This document shows, in pieces, positions 8,301 to 20,476 of a stretch of 39,803 nucleotides of DNA (position 1 is its first letter; the number at the start of each line of letters is the position of its first letter). Both the position numbers and the translations under genes were made by a program. Source of the stretch: Candidatus Nanopelagicales bacterium (GTDB lineage Bacteria > Actinomycetota > Actinomycetes > S36-B12 > UBA5976); assembly GCA_049428425.1 (NCBI GenBank), contig JBMTAF010000002.1, positions 1 through 39,803 of the forward strand. Direction: 5' to 3'. Under the pieces are notes generated by a model. The model searched no databases. It was not told the DNA's origin and was given only the letters and a program-made list of their open reading frames with translations.

Positions 8301-10547
8301 ATGAGCGAGACCATCAAGCAACCGGCTGCAGCAAAGCCGGAACCAAGCCTGTCTCGTCGCGCTCGAATTGCCAGAGTTGCTGGCCTCAAAGCCCCGGCGC
8401 CTAAAGAACTTGAACCGCTGCTTAAGGCAGTTAAATCCTTTTATCCCAAAGCTGACACTGAAACCATTATTCGGGCTTATGAAGTTGCTAAGGCGGCCCA
8501 CGAGGGGCAATTCCGGCGCAGTGGCGAGCCATACATAACTCACCCACTTGCAGTCACCATGAATTTGGCCGAGCTGGGCATGCCACCAGCGTCAATAATC
8601 GCAGCGCTGCTTCATGACACTGCTGAAGACACCGATTACGGCTTAGTTGAAATTGAGCGAGATTTTGGCGCCGAAGTAGCTGGATTGGTTGATGGTGTCA
8701 CAAAGTTAGATAAGGTCAAATATGGCGCCTCATCTGCTTCCGAAACAGTGCGCAAAATGGTAGTCGCAATGGCGAAAGATATTCGAGTATTGGTAATTAA
8801 GTTAGCTGATCGGTTACACAATATGCAGACAATCGATGCGATGCCACGAGAGAATCAAGAGCGAAAAGCCAGAGAGACGTTAGAGATTTACGCGCCGCTT
8901 GCGCACCGATTAGGCATGAATGCGCTGAAATGGGAGCTAGAAGACCTTTCGTTTCGGGCGATGTATCCAAAGATGTATGAAGAAATCAAATCACTGGTAG
9001 AGACTCGGACACCAGCACGGGAAGAGCAACTTCACAAAGTAGAAGAAATTCTTGGAAAGTCACTTAAAGATGCCAAGATTTCAGCAGAGATTTCGAGTCG
9101 ACCAAAACACTATTTCTCGGTGTATCAAAAGATGATCGTACGTGGTCGAGATTTCGAAGATATTTACGATTTGGTTGGCGTGCGAATACTGGTTGATTCG
9201 CTAAAAGATTGCTACTCCGCATTAGGAATTGTTCATTCACTCTGGAGTCCAGTGCCAGGTAGATTTAAAGATTACATTGCTATGCCTAAATTGAACATGT
9301 ACCAATCACTGCACACCACCGTGATTGGACCTGCAGGTAAACCAGTTGAAGTTCAAATTCGAACCTTTGAGATGCATCGGGCAGCTGAGTGGGGAATTGC
9401 TGCACATTGGCGTTATAAACAGCAAAGTGTTGGTAATAAGACCGGTCCTGATGACATGGCTTGGTTGCGTCAATTATTAGAGTGGCAACGGGAGACTAGT
9501 GATCCCGAAGAATTTATGGATTCGCTGATTTACGACTTGGGCAACGAAGAGGTTTTTGTCTTTACGCCAAAGGGTGATGTGATCGCGTTACCGAAGGGCA
9601 GCACCCCAGTTGATTTTGCTTATACCGTGCACACTGAAGTGGGTCACCGATGTGTTGGTGCGAAAGTTAACAATAGATTGGTTCCGTTAGAGCACACCTT
9701 GCTTAATGGTGACACAATCGAGATCATCACATCAAAAGCTCAAGAGCCCAGCCCGAATCGCGATTGGCTTGATTTTGTTCAATCACCCAGAGCACGCAGC
9801 AAGATAAAAGCTTGGTTCGCTAAAGAGGCCCGGGAGGAATCCTCAGAAGTAGGTCGGGAAGATCTCACCAAGCTAATGCGTCGCGAAGGTTTGCCATTTA
9901 AAAAACTAATGAGTGGTGATGCTTTATTAATGATTGCCAAAGAATTAGGTGCGGCTGATCTGCATCAACTCTTCTTGATGATCGGCGAAGGAAAAGTATC
10001 AGCCACTTTTGTGGTCAAGAGACTCATTGCCGCACATGGTGGAACCGAAGGGTTAGCCGAGGATTTATCATCAAGCATCGCCGTGCCGCCTCGACGACGA
10101 ACTGACGTTGACCGCCCGGCAGTTGAAGTTACTGGCGTCGAAGATGTGTTAGTTAAATTGGCACGTTGCTGTACACCAGTACCAGGAGATGTGATTACCG
10201 GATTTGTAACTAAGGGATCTGGAGTTTCAGTACATCGTGCTGATTGCGTGAATGTGGCTAATTTGGAGCCGGAGCGATTAGTTGAAGTGAAATGGAATCG
10301 CTCGCTTGGCGGTGTCTTCTTGGTAAATATTCAAACTGAGGCCATTGATCGACCTGGCTTGCTAAGTGACATCACCACTGCACTGGCCGAAAAGCGGGTA
10401 AACATTTTGTCGGCTTCAGTTAGCACCTCAAGGGACCGCGTAGCACTCTCTAGATTTACGTTCGAGTTGGCAGATCCAGGACACCTCGAAGGGGTACTAC
10501 AAGCAGTTAAGCGATTAGACGGCGTTTACGACGTCTACCGGGTTTAA
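8301..10547 (+). CDS. rel: Bifunctional (p)ppGpp synthetase/hydrolase Rel (RelA/SpoT family)
   Basis: It has the HD hydrolase domain (HPLAV...LLHDTAEDT), the synthetase domain (YFSVYQKM...DLVGVRILV...YQSLHTTV), TGS ([24 protein letters not shown]) and a C-terminal ACT domain. Confidence 0.97.
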   Translation: MSETIKQPAAAKPEPSLSRRARIARVAGLKAPAPKELEPLLKAVKSFYPKADTETIIRAYEVAKAAHEGQFRRSGEPYITHPLAVTMNLAELGMPPASIIAALLHDTAEDTDYGLVEIERDFGAEVAGLVDGVTKLDKVKYGASSASETVRKMVVAMAKDIRVLVIKLADRLHNMQTIDAMPRENQERKARETLEIYAPLAHRLGMNALKWELEDLSFRAMYPKMYEEIKSLVETRTPAREEQLHKVEEILGKSLKDAKISAEISSRPKHYFSVYQKMIVRGRDFEDIYDLVGVRILVDSLKDCYSALGIVHSLWSPVPGRFKDYIAMPKLNMYQSLHTTVIGPAGKPVEVQIRTFEMHRAAEWGIAAHWRYKQQSVGNKTGPDDMAWLRQLLEWQRETSDPEEFMDSLIYDLGNEEVFVFTPKGDVIALPKGSTPVDFAYTVHTEVGHRCVGAKVNNRLVPLEHTLLNGDTIEIITSKAQEPSPNRDWLDFVQSPRARSKIKAWFAKEAREESSEVGREDLTKLMRREGLPFKKLMSGDALLMIAKELGAADLHQLFLMIGEGKVSATFVVKRLIAAHGGTEGLAEDLSSSIAVPPRRRTDVDRPAVEVTGVEDVLVKLARCCTPVPGDVITGFVTKGSGVSVHRADCVNVANLEPERLVEVKWNRSLGGVFLVNIQTEAIDRPGLLSDITTALAEKRVNILSASVSTSRDRVALSRFTFELADPGHLEGVLQAVKRLDGVYDVYRV

Positions 10548-11782
10548 CGCACGAAATCAGATAACGCTTCTTCAGCGGCCTTCATCAACAATCGCTGACT
10601 CTCGATTGCCGAAGTCAAAGTGGTGACCTTCGCTTGATCGCCAACACTTTGTGCCCTTGCTAGATCTGCTTCTAATTTCGCAATTTTGTCCGCAAACAAG
10701 GTGATGGTTGAGTTTGCCCGAGCATGCTTATCTGGATCTTTTCTGGAGTTTTCCCGAGCGACAGCTTCATCGATGGCATCTTGAACTACCTTTAGTTTGG
10801 CGTCAAGCTTTGCCACCCATTCCCTTGGCACATGGCCAACCCGTTCCCAGCGCTGAGCGATATCTCGCATGGCCTTTCGAGCAGACTCTAGGTTTGTAAT
10901 TGGCAGCAGCGCTTCCGCTTCAACCAAAATACTTTGCTTCTTTTCGAGGTTTGCATCTTGACTTACTTTTCGCTTTGCTAAGTCTTCATTTTTTCGAGTG
11001 AAGAAATGATCTTGCGCGGCCTTAAATCGGTGCCAGAGCTCTTCGTCTTCCTTTTTTCCGACACGTCCAGCAGCTTTCCATTGATCCATCAACTCTTTGA
11101 ATTTCCTTGCGGTTTCAACCCAGGCTGAGGAATTCTTTAGCGCTTCCGCTTTGGCGACTAGTTCCTGTTTTGTCGCAGCAGCAGATGCCCGAAGTTTTGC
11201 TTGCTGGGCGAAATGAGTCCGGCGCCGCTTATCGAATTGGCTTCTGGCTGCAGAGAAGGTTCTCCAAAGTTCTTGTTCGACTTTTCGATCAAAACGTGGC
11301 AGCTCTTTCCATGTAGCAAGCATCTCCGCAAATTTCTCAGTGGTTTGCTTCCAGTTCGTGGATTCAGCAAGGGATTGCGCGGTATTTGCCAGCTCAGTTC
11401 GTTTGGCAAGAGTTTGTTCACGCTGTTCCTTCTTCTGCTCAGTTAGCACAACCGCACGTTCGGCAGCGGCTGCAACAAGTTCATCTGCTTTCTGAAGTAG
11501 TGCGGTTAGATCTCCAACGACATTTGGTTCAACATAGGTAGCTCGGAGTTTCTCAGCTAAAGCCTTGGCTGGACCTGGCACGCCACGGTTATCGCGAAAT
11601 CGGGTCAGCATTACGTCAGCTTCAACAATTAAGTCAACGTACTTGCGAGCAAAAAATTCCAACCCTTCAGCCGGCGAACCAGCTTGGTATTGACCAACCC
11701 GGCGTTCGCCGTCGATAGTGAAAACGAAGACGGTCCCATCTTCGGTTACGCGACCGTGCTTAGCGGCGATTGTGATATCCAT
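10544..11782 (-). CDS. DUF349 domain-containing protein
   Basis: It carries repeated units of the form W(K/E)-x5-7-(K/R)-x4-8-LW-x-RF-xxA-x2-FF-xRK. Examples are [30 protein letters not shown] and [36 protein letters not shown] lies upstream of the ATG at 11782. A DUF349 gene near relA is a conserved actinobacterial arrangement (from memory). Confidence 0.85.
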   Translation of the reverse strand: MDITIAAKHGRVTEDGTVFVFTIDGERRVGQYQAGSPAEGLEFFARKYVDLIVEADVMLTRFRDNRGVPGPAKALAEKLRATYVEPNVVGDLTALLQKADELVAAAAERAVVLTEQKKEQREQTLAKRTELANTAQSLAESTNWKQTTEKFAEMLATWKELPRFDRKVEQELWRTFSAARSQFDKRRRTHFAQQAKLRASAAATKQELVAKAEALKNSSAWVETARKFKELMDQWKAAGRVGKKEDEELWHRFKAAQDHFFTRKNEDLAKRKVSQDANLEKKQSILVEAEALLPITNLESARKAMRDIAQRWERVGHVPREWVAKLDAKLKVVQDAIDEAVARENSRKDPDKHARANSTITLFADKIAKLEADLARAQSVGDQAKVTTLTSAIESQRLLMKAAEEALSDFVR

Positions 11783-11803
11783 TTATTGCTCCTTTGGTCC
11801 GAT

Positions 11804-12547
11804 TTACGGCTCGTATGTTGCGCTATTGATCATTATTGATTGGGCTGGTGCTCCGTCTTGTCCGCCGTCCGATACTCCTACTGCGGCAATCCGTTGCACT
11901 AAATCAAGTCCAGTAATTACTTTTCCAAAAATTGTGTAGTTGGGACCTAGCGTGGTGTCCTGATAAACAATAAAGAATTGGGAGCCACCAGTACCTGGGC
12001 CAGCATTAGCCATTGCCACCGTGCCCGCCGGATAATTGTTCTCGCCTTCGTTAGGCAGATTTTCATCAGGCAAGCTAAAGCCAGGTCCGCCTGTTCCATT
12101 TCCTGCTGGATCACCGCATTGCAACACAAAAATTCCCGCGGTGGTGAGTCGGTGGCAGACGGTCTGATTGAAGTAACCATCATTTGCGAGCGCTTCAAAT
12201 GCCCCAACTGTTGCCGGGGCTGCGGCAGGATCAGTTTCGATTGCGATTTCACCGCAGTTAGTGTTGAAAGTCAAAGTTCCAGGAGCAATTGCGGAAGATG
12301 CAGCAGGCGCTTGGTCGTATTTGATGTCATCGACTCGAGGCGTGCCAATTGGATCGCACTCGGCAAGCAATTCTGGTTCATTATCTGGCGTTGGCTCTTC
12401 AGCTTCAGTTCGATCGACGTTGTTGTAATAGGTTAAGCCAGCAAACAGTGCGATTACCAATATGCCAGCCAGTGCACCGACCAAGGTTCGCCGTCTTTTT
12501 GCTTTCGCTGCCTCGACTTGAGCTTGCTTGCGACGCTGCGACATCAT
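11804..12547 (-). CDS. Membrane-anchored cyclophilin-type peptidyl-prolyl cis-trans isomerase
   Basis: The cyclophilin core is present (FHR-like CHRLT.., VLQCGDPAGNGTGGPGFSLPDE, GTVAMANAGPGTGGSQFFIV). It follows a basic N-terminus and a TM helix (LVGALAGILVIALFAGL). I start it at the ATGATG pair preceded by AGGAGA rather than the TTG at 12565 from the ORF track. Confidence 0.88.
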   Translation of the reverse strand: MMSQRRKQAQVEAAKAKRRRTLVGALAGILVIALFAGLTYYNNVDRTEAEEPTPDNEPELLAECDPIGTPRVDDIKYDQAPAASSAIAPGTLTFNTNCGEIAIETDPAAAPATVGAFEALANDGYFNQTVCHRLTTAGIFVLQCGDPAGNGTGGPGFSLPDENLPNEGENNYPAGTVAMANAGPGTGGSQFFIVYQDTTLGPNYTIFGKVITGLDLVQRIAAVGVSDGGQDGAPAQSIMINSATYEP

Positions 12548-12662
12548 TTGTTCTCCTAGGGGCAAAATCAGACCTCAAACTTTACCGCCTCGGCTTTTGT
12601 GCCAAGCACGGGTAGAAGGGAATCTGGCAGGTAGGCTCACCCCTAAGAGAACAGGGAGAATC

Positions 12663-13328
12663 GTGTTTATCAAGACTGCCGCAGTGGGTCCTTGGGGCAC
12701 AAATTGCCATATCGTCGCCACTGGCCCTAACTCGGAATGCTTGATTGTGGATCCAGGACTAGGTGCTGCTGAGTACGTCTCAGCGATAACTGCGGAGTAC
12801 CACCTTCGCCCAGTAGCGGTTTTGATAACACATGGACATCTGGATCACACCTGGAATCTGCTGCCGATGGTCGATGATTTAGAAATCCCGGCAGTAATTC
12901 ACGCTTCAGACCGAGCATTTCTGGCAGATCCACTCTTGGCGCTAAGTCCAGAGGCGCAAGGAGTGGTAGCAACATTGACGCCAAATCAAATTTGGCGCGA
13001 ACCAGCGGAAGTAATTACTGTTGCCGGGAATACCAATCTTAGTTTCGCAGGTTTTGATATCACGATCGTTCCAACTCCAGGCCATACCGCTGGATCAGTT
13101 TGTTTTCAATTCGGAAATGAAAATTTATTTACTGGGGATCTGCTGTTCAAAAAAGCAATTGGTCGAACCGATCTATTTTCTGGTAGCCCAGAGCAGATGA
13201 AGCAAAGTCTTAAATATGTGCTATCGAGTTATCAGGATGAAACACTGATATATCCAGGCCATGGTGAAAATTCGACCATTGGATTTGAGCGGTTGAACAA
13301 CCCATACCTAAAAGACCTAGGGGAATAG
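12663..13328 (+). CDS. MBL-fold metallo-hydrolase (glyoxalase II / YcbL-like)
   Basis: The HxHxDH motif (ITHGHLDH), TPGHTAGS and a GD...GRTD segment are present. GTG at 12663 is preceded by AGGGAGA. The ORF-track start at 12528 would overlap the divergent PPIase gene. Confidence 0.85.
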   Translation: MFIKTAAVGPWGTNCHIVATGPNSECLIVDPGLGAAEYVSAITAEYHLRPVAVLITHGHLDHTWNLLPMVDDLEIPAVIHASDRAFLADPLLALSPEAQGVVATLTPNQIWREPAEVITVAGNTNLSFAGFDITIVPTPGHTAGSVCFQFGNENLFTGDLLFKKAIGRTDLFSGSPEQMKQSLKYVLSSYQDETLIYPGHGENSTIGFERLNNPYLKDLGE

Positions 13329-13333
13329 ATTTC

Positions 13334-14620
13334 GTGGAGCAACTTCAAGCCCCTAAGGGAGTACCAGAATATTTTCCACCAAGTGGCGATCAGTTTCGAT
13401 TAGTGCGAGAGTTGTTGGCAGCACCGGCAATCGCAGCTGGCTATAAATACATTGAATTGCCATATTTTGAAGACGTGACTTTGTTTAGTCGGGGGATAGG
13501 GGAGAGCACTGACGTAGTTAGCAAAGAAATGTACACCTTCACGGATCGAGCAGAGCGCCAATTAGCGCTTCGACCAGAAGGAACTGCTGGCGTAATTAGA
13601 AGTGTGATTGAAAACAGTCTTACTCAACAGGGTTTACCAGTGAAACTTTGGTACGCCGGTGCTTTTTTCAGAGCAGAGCGGCCGCAGAAAGGTAGATACC
13701 GACAGCTGCAACAAGTTGGAATTGAAGCGATTGGTGCAGAAACTCCAGCATTGGATGCCGAAGTGATTGCAATTGCCGATGCGGCATTTCGATCAATCGG
13801 ACTTAAGAATTTTGAACTGCAATTAACCTCTCTTGGCTGTCAGTCCTGCCGCCCAGGCTATCGAGAGATTTTGACTAAATATCTAGCAAATCTTCCGCTT
13901 GATGATGAAACGAAAAAGCGAGCGGAACTAAATCCGCTTCGCGTCTTGGATGATAAGCGCACCGATGTTCAACAATTGCTGATTGATGTTCCGCTGATGC
14001 TTGACTACATCTGCAGCGAATGTCGGGAATATCACGAGTTGGTAATTTCGTATCTGGATCTGCTCAAGATTCCATATGTGATAAACAAAAAATTAGTACG
14101 CGGTTTGGATTATTACACTCGAACGACTTTTGAGTTTGTCCATCATGGATTAGGTGCACAATCCGGAATTGGGGGTGGCGGAAGGTACGATCAATTGATG
14201 CAATCGCTGGGTGGCCAAGATTTGTCTGGAATTGGTTTCGGGCTTGGCGTTGATCGAACTTTCTTGGCAGCAGAAGCTGAAGGAATCGATTTAGCCCAAT
14301 TACTACCAAAGCTAATTGCGGTAGTTCCGGTATCGCCTGATTTTATTGGAGATTCGTTCCAAGTTTCGGCAAAATTACGCGAAGCTGGATTGTGTGTAGA
14401 TCACATTACTCACGCTAAGAATTTAAAGAACGGCATGAAGGTTGCTGACCGAAACGGAGCCTATGCCGTAGTTCTAGTTGGACCAGATGAGGTGAAAAGC
14501 GGGGAGTACACCGTAAAAATCCTCGATTCTGGCCAACAAGAATCCGTTGCGGTTGGTGATCTGGCTGACCGAATCAAACAACATCTAGGCTTGGCCGCTA
14601 ACTCGATGAAGGAAGTTTGA
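13334..14620 (+). CDS. hisS: Histidine--tRNA ligase
   Basis: Class II motifs and HisA/HisB signatures are present: [35 protein letters not shown]. An anticodon-binding C-terminus is also present. Confidence 0.96.
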   Translation: MEQLQAPKGVPEYFPPSGDQFRLVRELLAAPAIAAGYKYIELPYFEDVTLFSRGIGESTDVVSKEMYTFTDRAERQLALRPEGTAGVIRSVIENSLTQQGLPVKLWYAGAFFRAERPQKGRYRQLQQVGIEAIGAETPALDAEVIAIADAAFRSIGLKNFELQLTSLGCQSCRPGYREILTKYLANLPLDDETKKRAELNPLRVLDDKRTDVQQLLIDVPLMLDYICSECREYHELVISYLDLLKIPYVINKKLVRGLDYYTRTTFEFVHHGLGAQSGIGGGGRYDQLMQSLGGQDLSGIGFGLGVDRTFLAAEAEGIDLAQLLPKLIAVVPVSPDFIGDSFQVSAKLREAGLCVDHITHAKNLKNGMKVADRNGAYAVVLVGPDEVKSGEYTVKILDSGQQESVAVGDLADRIKQHLGLAANSMKEV

Positions 14621-16356
14621 TCGCATTGCTGAAAACACATAATTGTGCTGAATTGGCGACCCAGGCAGGCCAGCAGGTCAGCGCTGCCGGGTGGATCGCC
14701 CGGCGGCGAGATCATGGCGGCGTTGCATTTTTTGATCTACGTGATGCTTCAGGGGTGATCCAAGTTGTCGTTCATGATGAAACGTTAGCTCATTCGCTAA
14801 AACCAGAATCGTGTGTCCAAGTTAGCGGAACAATTCAAAACCGACCAGCCGGAAATGAAAACCCGGATTTGATCACTGGCATGATCGAATTGGTGGCTAA
14901 TGAAATTAAGATTTTTTCTACTGCTGGCCCTCTGCCATTTCAAATTGAAGATTCGAATGATGTTGGCGATGAGATTAGGTTGAAGCATCGATACTTAGAT
15001 TTACGTCGTCCCAAGATGGCGGGCAACTTGAAGTTGCGTTCGAGAGCAAATGCAATTGCACGCGACCTGTTAAATTCGTTGAATTTTGTCGAGGTAGAAA
15101 CACCAACTTTTACCCGTTCAACGCCGGAGGGTGCTAGAGATTTCTTGGTACCCGTAAGGCTTCAACCAGGCAAGTGGTATGCATTGCCACAATCACCCCA
15201 ACTTTATAAACAGTTACTAATGGTGGCAGGACTAGAGCGCTACTATCAAATTGCTCGCTGCTACCGTGATGAAGATTTCAGAGCTGATCGACAACCAGAA
15301 TTTACCCAGCTAGATATTGAGATGTCTTTTGTTGAACAGTCGGACATCATCAAGCTAGGCGAGGCGATTGTTCGAGCGCTTTGGCAAGAGTTGGCTGATT
15401 ACCAAATTGGTGAAATCCCGTGGTTGACCTATGAAGAGTCGATGCGAAGATTTGGTTCAGATAAACCGGATTTGCGGTACGACTTGGAACTGATCGAACT
15501 GGTTGATTTCTTCAAGAACACACCTTTTAGAGTTTTTCAAGCAGAATATGTTGGTGCGATTGTGATGCCAGGTGGGGCATCGCAATCAAGACGGCAGTTT
15601 GATGCATGGCAAGAATGGGCGAAACAGCGCGGCGCAAAAGGATTGGCTTGGGTTAGCGTTGGTGAAGACGGGGAAATTACCGGTCCAGTAGCAAAGAACA
15701 TCTCGGACGAAGAACGTAATGGATTATTGGCCGTGACCAAGGCAAAGCACGGTGATGCCATATTTTTTGCAGCCGGTGCCACCAATGAAGCAAGATCGCT
15801 GCTTGCCGCAACAAGAGCTGAAATCGCCGCCCAGCTTGGCCTAATCAAAGACGGTGATTGGTCTTTCGTTTGGATTGTTGACGCACCAATGTTTGAACTA
15901 ACGGACGATGGCAACTGGACCAGTGTTCATCATCCATTCACCTCGCCTAATTCGGACTATCTTGCGAATTTTGATCAAGATCCTGGGAAAGCACTTGCTT
16001 GGGCTTATGACATAGTTTGTAATGGCTATGAAATCGGGGGTGGATCGATTCGAATCCACGACCCCCAGGTGCAACAGCGGGTGTTTAAGTTACTTGGCAT
16101 TAGTGAGGAACAAGCCAAAGATAAATTTGGCTTTTTGCTTGAAGCTTTTGAATTTGGCCCGCCCCCTCATGGCGGCATAGCTTTTGGTTGGGATCGAATC
16201 TGCATGATTTTGAGCGGGGCAGACAACTTGAGAGAAGTTATTGCTTTTCCAAAAACTGGTGGCGGTTCTGATCCGCTCACCGGTGCACCAACCGAAATTA
16301 CTTCAGTCCAACGTAAAGAAGCTAATATCGATGCAAAACCAGTGGAGAAATTATGA
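14617..16356 (+). CDS. aspS: Aspartate--tRNA ligase (possibly non-discriminating, as is usual in Actinomycetota)
   Basis: [18 protein letters not shown] (OB fold), [39 protein letters not shown] and GGGSIRIH are present. The alternative start TTG at 14626 gives [10 protein letters not shown], which resembles the common N-terminus. Confidence 0.95.
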   Translation: MIALLKTHNCAELATQAGQQVSAAGWIARRRDHGGVAFFDLRDASGVIQVVVHDETLAHSLKPESCVQVSGTIQNRPAGNENPDLITGMIELVANEIKIFSTAGPLPFQIEDSNDVGDEIRLKHRYLDLRRPKMAGNLKLRSRANAIARDLLNSLNFVEVETPTFTRSTPEGARDFLVPVRLQPGKWYALPQSPQLYKQLLMVAGLERYYQIARCYRDEDFRADRQPEFTQLDIEMSFVEQSDIIKLGEAIVRALWQELADYQIGEIPWLTYEESMRRFGSDKPDLRYDLELIELVDFFKNTPFRVFQAEYVGAIVMPGGASQSRRQFDAWQEWAKQRGAKGLAWVSVGEDGEITGPVAKNISDEERNGLLAVTKAKHGDAIFFAAGATNEARSLLAATRAEIAAQLGLIKDGDWSFVWIVDAPMFELTDDGNWTSVHHPFTSPNSDYLANFDQDPGKALAWAYDIVCNGYEIGGGSIRIHDPQVQQRVFKLLGISEEQAKDKFGFLLEAFEFGPPPHGGIAFGWDRICMILSGADNLREVIAFPKTGGGSDPLTGAPTEITSVQRKEANIDAKPVEKL

Positions 16357-19004
16357 AATCCGCTGAAATTAGGCAGCGATTTTTAGATTTTTTTGCGAAA
16401 GAAGGCCACACTGTTGTTCCGTCCGCTTCATTAATTGCACCAGATCCGACACTCCTTCTGGTAAACGCGGGTATGGTGCCATTTAAACCCTTCTTTCTGG
16501 GTGAAACCAAAGCACCATATGACCGTGCGGTGAGTGTACAGAAGTGCGTTCGCACCTTGGATATTGATGAAGTTGGGAAAACCACAAGACATGCGTCGTT
16601 TTTTCAGATGTGTGGCAATTTCTCATTTGGAAACTACTTCAAAGCAGGTGCAATTGATTTCGCTTGGCGACTATTAACTAATAGCGTCGCTGACGGTGGT
16701 TATGGATTTGATCCTGAACGACTGTGGGTAACGGTCTTCCATGACGATGACGAGTCGGCTGATATCTGGCATAACCAGATCGGCATCCCAAAGGAGCGAA
16801 TCCAGCGTCGAGGCATGGCGGATAACTTTTGGTCAATGGGAGTTCCAGGACCGTGCGGACCTTGCTCGGAGATTTATTTTGATCGCGGTGAAGCCTATGG
16901 AAAACCTGGCGGTCCAATAGCAGACGAATCTCGCTACCTTGAAGTGTGGAACTTAGTTTTCATGCAGTTTGAACGCGGTGCTGGCGGTGGTAAAGATGAT
17001 TTTCCAATCGTTGGGGAACTTCCGGCGAAAAATATTGATACCGGCATGGGCCTAGAACGAATGGCTGCAATATTGCAAGGTGTTGACAATATTTACGAGA
17101 TTGACACCACCAAAATGATTTTGGATCGAGCTGCAGCATTATCAAACACCACTTATGGTCAATCAGAAAGTGATGATATTCGACTTCGGGTAGTTGCCGA
17201 CCATGCAAGAACCTGCGCCTTTTTACTAAATGATGGTGTCATTCCTGGCAATGAAGGCCGAGGCTATGTATTGCGACGCATGATGCGTCGGGTAATTCGA
17301 TCTATGCGTCTACTTGGACTAGAAGATCCATGTATGGAGTCTTTGATTAACGTGAGTATTGATTCAATGAAAGATCAGTACCCAGAATTAGAAACTAATC
17401 GCGACCGAATTGTTGCAGCAGCAATTGGTGAAGAGAACTCTTTCCGTCAGACACTAAAAAGCGGTTCAGCTAGGTTTGAAACTGCAGTTGCTGAGATTTC
17501 AGCAACTAATGTTAATGTGATCTCCGCGGATCGGGTGTTTGAGATGCATGATACGTACGGTTTTCCATTTGATTTAACCTTAGAGATGGCAGCTGAGCGT
17601 GGATTAACTGTTGATGCAGACGGGTTTAAGCGGTTAATGAATGAACAGCGAGATCGAGCCAAAGCGGATGCTAAAAGTAGAAAAGCGAAACTTGCTGATC
17701 TATCGGTTTACAAAGCAGCAGCCGATCTGGTGGGCGGAACAAAATTCATTGGCTATTCTCAAACTAGCACCGAAGCAAATCTAGGTGCCCTTATTGTTTC
17801 CGGCAAAGCTGCAAAGTCTGCTAAACAAGGAGATCAAGTTGAAGTTGTCTTGCCCGTAACGCCTTTTTATGCCGAAGGCGGCGGCCAGTTGGGTGATTCG
17901 GGACGCATTGTTAACCGAAATGGTGCGATCATCGAAATTGATGACGTCCAACAACCAATTTCTGGACTCTATGTTCACTCAGGACGAGTTATTGATGGCG
18001 AATTCAGTCTTGGTGAAAACGTCTCAGCTGAAATTGATGCCCATCGTCGCATTGCGATCTCAAGAGCCCACACCGCAACTCATATGATTCATAAGGCATT
18101 TCGTGAGAAACTCGGAGAGAGCGCAACTCAGATGGGAAGCGAGAATGCGCCAGGCAGATTGCGTTTCGATTTCCCATCACCGCAAGCAGTTCCAAAGAGT
18201 ATGTTGGCGGATGTTGAACAGCGGGTAAATCAATTGTTGATCGAGAATCTTCCGGTTACAGAGGCTTATATGAGCCAATCTGAAGCGATGCAGATTGGCG
18301 CCATGGCCTTATTTGGGGAAAAGTATGGAGATGAAGTACGCGTAATCTCCATTGGCGATTGGGCTAAGGAGCTGTGCGGCGGCACCCACACTGACTTCTC
18401 AGGACAATTAGGTTTAGTCACATTTCTATCTGAATCATCGATTGGTGCCGGAATAAGACGAGTTGAAGCGTTGGTTGGTTCTGATGCACATGCATTTTTG
18501 GCACGAGAGCATTTGATCCTGAATCAAATCACCGAATTGCTTAAGGTGAAAGTTGATGATCTGCCTGAACGAATTGATTCAATATTAAACAAATTGAAGG
18601 ACGCAGAAAAGGCAGTAGAACAACAGAAACGTAATGAACTCTTGGCTAAAGCCGGCAATATTGTCGGCAAGCCAACTCTCATTTCAGATTTAAAACTGTT
18701 TGCTTTTGCAGCAGAGCTTGACTTGGAATCATTGCGAGAATTAGTCTCTAGAACTAAAGGCGACAATCCAGATGCGGTAGTAGTTGCGTTAACTTCAACT
18801 TTGCCCGCAGGATTAATCATTGGTTTAGGTGACCGAGCTATATCCGAAATCTTGGACGCAAGAAAGTTATTGGCGGCAATAACTGCACAATTTGGCGGTA
18901 AGGGCGGCGGAAAACCAGAAATGACGCAGGGATCTCTTAGTGCTGACGCTAAGCCGAGTGTTGTTATTGAGCAGTTGCCTAATGTGATCGCATCGCTGAA
19001 GTAG
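16353..19004 (+). CDS. alaS: Alanine--tRNA ligase
   Basis: [33 protein letters not shown]-like [10 protein letters not shown], the editing-domain HTATHM...CGGTH motif and a C-terminal DHHA1-like domain are present. It has an ATGA overlap with aspS. Confidence 0.97.
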   Translation: MKSAEIRQRFLDFFAKEGHTVVPSASLIAPDPTLLLVNAGMVPFKPFFLGETKAPYDRAVSVQKCVRTLDIDEVGKTTRHASFFQMCGNFSFGNYFKAGAIDFAWRLLTNSVADGGYGFDPERLWVTVFHDDDESADIWHNQIGIPKERIQRRGMADNFWSMGVPGPCGPCSEIYFDRGEAYGKPGGPIADESRYLEVWNLVFMQFERGAGGGKDDFPIVGELPAKNIDTGMGLERMAAILQGVDNIYEIDTTKMILDRAAALSNTTYGQSESDDIRLRVVADHARTCAFLLNDGVIPGNEGRGYVLRRMMRRVIRSMRLLGLEDPCMESLINVSIDSMKDQYPELETNRDRIVAAAIGEENSFRQTLKSGSARFETAVAEISATNVNVISADRVFEMHDTYGFPFDLTLEMAAERGLTVDADGFKRLMNEQRDRAKADAKSRKAKLADLSVYKAAADLVGGTKFIGYSQTSTEANLGALIVSGKAAKSAKQGDQVEVVLPVTPFYAEGGGQLGDSGRIVNRNGAIIEIDDVQQPISGLYVHSGRVIDGEFSLGENVSAEIDAHRRIAISRAHTATHMIHKAFREKLGESATQMGSENAPGRLRFDFPSPQAVPKSMLADVEQRVNQLLIENLPVTEAYMSQSEAMQIGAMALFGEKYGDEVRVISIGDWAKELCGGTHTDFSGQLGLVTFLSESSIGAGIRRVEALVGSDAHAFLAREHLILNQITELLKVKVDDLPERIDSILNKLKDAEKAVEQQKRNELLAKAGNIVGKPTLISDLKLFAFAAELDLESLRELVSRTKGDNPDAVVVALTSTLPAGLIIGLGDRAISEILDARKLLAAITAQFGGKGGGKPEMTQGSLSADAKPSVVIEQLPNVIASLK

Positions 19005-19435
19005 TGATTATGACTGCCATTGGAATTGATTATGGCACCGCACGAATCGGGGTGGCCCGACAAGTGCCTGGAACTAATCTGGTTGTGCCATTAGCGGTGG
19101 TCTCACCGTCAGAGTTTGATCAGATTTTTTCAAATTGGCTAATTGAGTATGCCGTTACCGAAGTTTACGTCGGTTTGCCAATCACGTTGGCAGGCGAAAC
19201 TGGGGTAGCGGCACAGGGGATTCAGGCTTGGGTTGAGCAACAGCAAGCAAATTATCCTGATTTGAGTTGGGTACTCATCGATGAACGATTAACATCCAGT
19301 ATGGCAAGTAAGGCGATGACTCAAGCGGGGATATCTGCAAAGGAGCAACGGGGAAAGCTTGATTCGCAAGCTGCAGTATTTATTTTGGAACAGGCACTAG
19401 ACCGAAAGCGTCAGCGTGATGAAGAAGCTGATTGA
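19004..19435 (+). CDS. ruvX: Putative pre-16S rRNA nuclease / Holliday junction resolvase-like RuvX (YqgF)
   Basis: AIGIDYGTARIGVA and DERLTS motifs are present. The position downstream of alaS is conserved. The start is either GTG at 19004 or in-frame ATG at 19010. Confidence 0.88.
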   Translation: MIMTAIGIDYGTARIGVARQVPGTNLVVPLAVVSPSEFDQIFSNWLIEYAVTEVYVGLPITLAGETGVAAQGIQAWVEQQQANYPDLSWVLIDERLTSSMASKAMTQAGISAKEQRGKLDSQAAVFILEQALDRKRQRDEEAD

Positions 19436-20474
19436 TCTAGGTAGGTCTCAATTAATAGTTGGCGCAGTTATTGGCTTAATTTTTATTGCGATTGGCTTCT
19501 TTCAGATTTATCAATCTGGACCAAGAGAGAGTTGGTCGGGGAACGGCGAGGGAGAAGTAACCATTGAGATTCCTGCGGGTGTCAATTTGACCGAAGTTGG
19601 TCGAATCCTTGCTGCTGCTGGAGTGGTTGAGGCTGCATCCTTTTTCGCAATTGCTACCTATGATCGAGAAGAAGCCAAACTGATTCAACCTGGTAGATAT
19701 TTAATGGCATTGCGGATGGGTAGCGATGAAGCAATTGATCGTCTGCTAGATCCGGCGAGCAAACAGCAACTGCGCATTGCTATCCCTGAAGGTTTACGTC
19801 TAAGTTCGGTAGTTGCATTGTTGGCAAAACGCCTAAGCCTTAACGAAGACGAAGTTATTGCAGCAATAAAACGGCTCGAAAAAAATGAGTTGCCGACCAA
19901 ACTTCCTAATTATGCTGATGAATCTGCGGAGGGTTTCTTGTACCCCGCGACTTACCAATTTCCAGATAATGTAAATATTGATCAGGTGCTGACTGAGATG
20001 GTTAATCGTTTCTTCCAAGCCGAACGGAATTTAAACCTGATAAATGAATCTAAACGCCTCGGTTTTACACCAAGAGAGTTATTAACTATGGCTTCTTTGG
20101 TTGAGGCTGAGGCTTTTCCAGCGGATTTTGGAAAAGTAGCTAGAACGATTCTTAATCGACTTAAAGCAAATATGCCACTTCAGTTTGATGCCACCGTCAA
20201 TTATGCACTTGGCACAAACAAGTTATTGTTCACCGAGTCAGAATTTCAGACAGATTCGCCCTACAACACTTATCGTTACCCGGGATTACCACCAGGACCA
20301 ATTGGTTCACCCGGCGAGGGGGCGATGTCAGCAGTTATTAACCCACCAGCGGGCGATTGGCTTTATTTTGTTAGCACCAATCCCGATAAAGGAATCACCA
20401 AATTCACCGGTAGTTATCAAGAGTTTCTAAAGTTCCGCGCAGAATTTCAAGCCTGGTATCGAGAGAATCGATAG
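19416..20474 (+). CDS. mltG: Endolytic murein transglycosylase MltG (YceG family)
   Basis: An N-terminal TM helix and YceG motifs are present: EGFLYPATYQF, ASLVEAEA, VILNRL, QFDATV.YAL, YNTY...GLPPGPI..PG. Confidence 0.92.
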   Translation: MMKKLIDLGRSQLIVGAVIGLIFIAIGFFQIYQSGPRESWSGNGEGEVTIEIPAGVNLTEVGRILAAAGVVEAASFFAIATYDREEAKLIQPGRYLMALRMGSDEAIDRLLDPASKQQLRIAIPEGLRLSSVVALLAKRLSLNEDEVIAAIKRLEKNELPTKLPNYADESAEGFLYPATYQFPDNVNIDQVLTEMVNRFFQAERNLNLINESKRLGFTPRELLTMASLVEAEAFPADFGKVARTILNRLKANMPLQFDATVNYALGTNKLLFTESEFQTDSPYNTYRYPGLPPGPIGSPGEGAMSAVINPPAGDWLYFVSTNPDKGITKFTGSYQEFLKFRAEFQAWYRENR

Positions 20475-20476
20475 AA

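Noticed and set aside
12624-12637. Exact 14-mer CTGGCAGGTAGGCT shared between the PPIase/MBL intergenic region and the 5' end of the sulfotransferase gene (30461-30474)
   Set aside because: My rough estimate is that several exact 14-mer coincidences are expected by chance among all position pairs on both strands of a 40-kb window. The flanks do not extend the match.
12548-12654. Imperfect inverted repeat: TTGTTCTCCTAGGGG (12548-12562) versus CCCCTAAGAGAACAG (12640-12654), upstream of the divergent PPIase and MBL genes
   Set aside because: The match is 13 of 15 positions, and part of it is Shine-Dalgarno-like sequence (GGAGA/AGAGA) that is constrained anyway. By rough estimate about one such local inverted repeat is expected by chance in the window. 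It could be a shared operator, but the evidence is insufficient.
18524-19063. 179-aa minus-strand ORF antisense to the alaS 3' end and the ruvX start. Similar long antisense ORFs occur at 22706-23266, 23577-24056, 15537-15914 and 4694-5062.
   Set aside because: All lie wholly inside strongly supported + strand genes. Their translations are Ser/Pro/Ala/Arg-rich with no recognisable motifs, as expected for stop-poor antisense frames. None has a convincing RBS.
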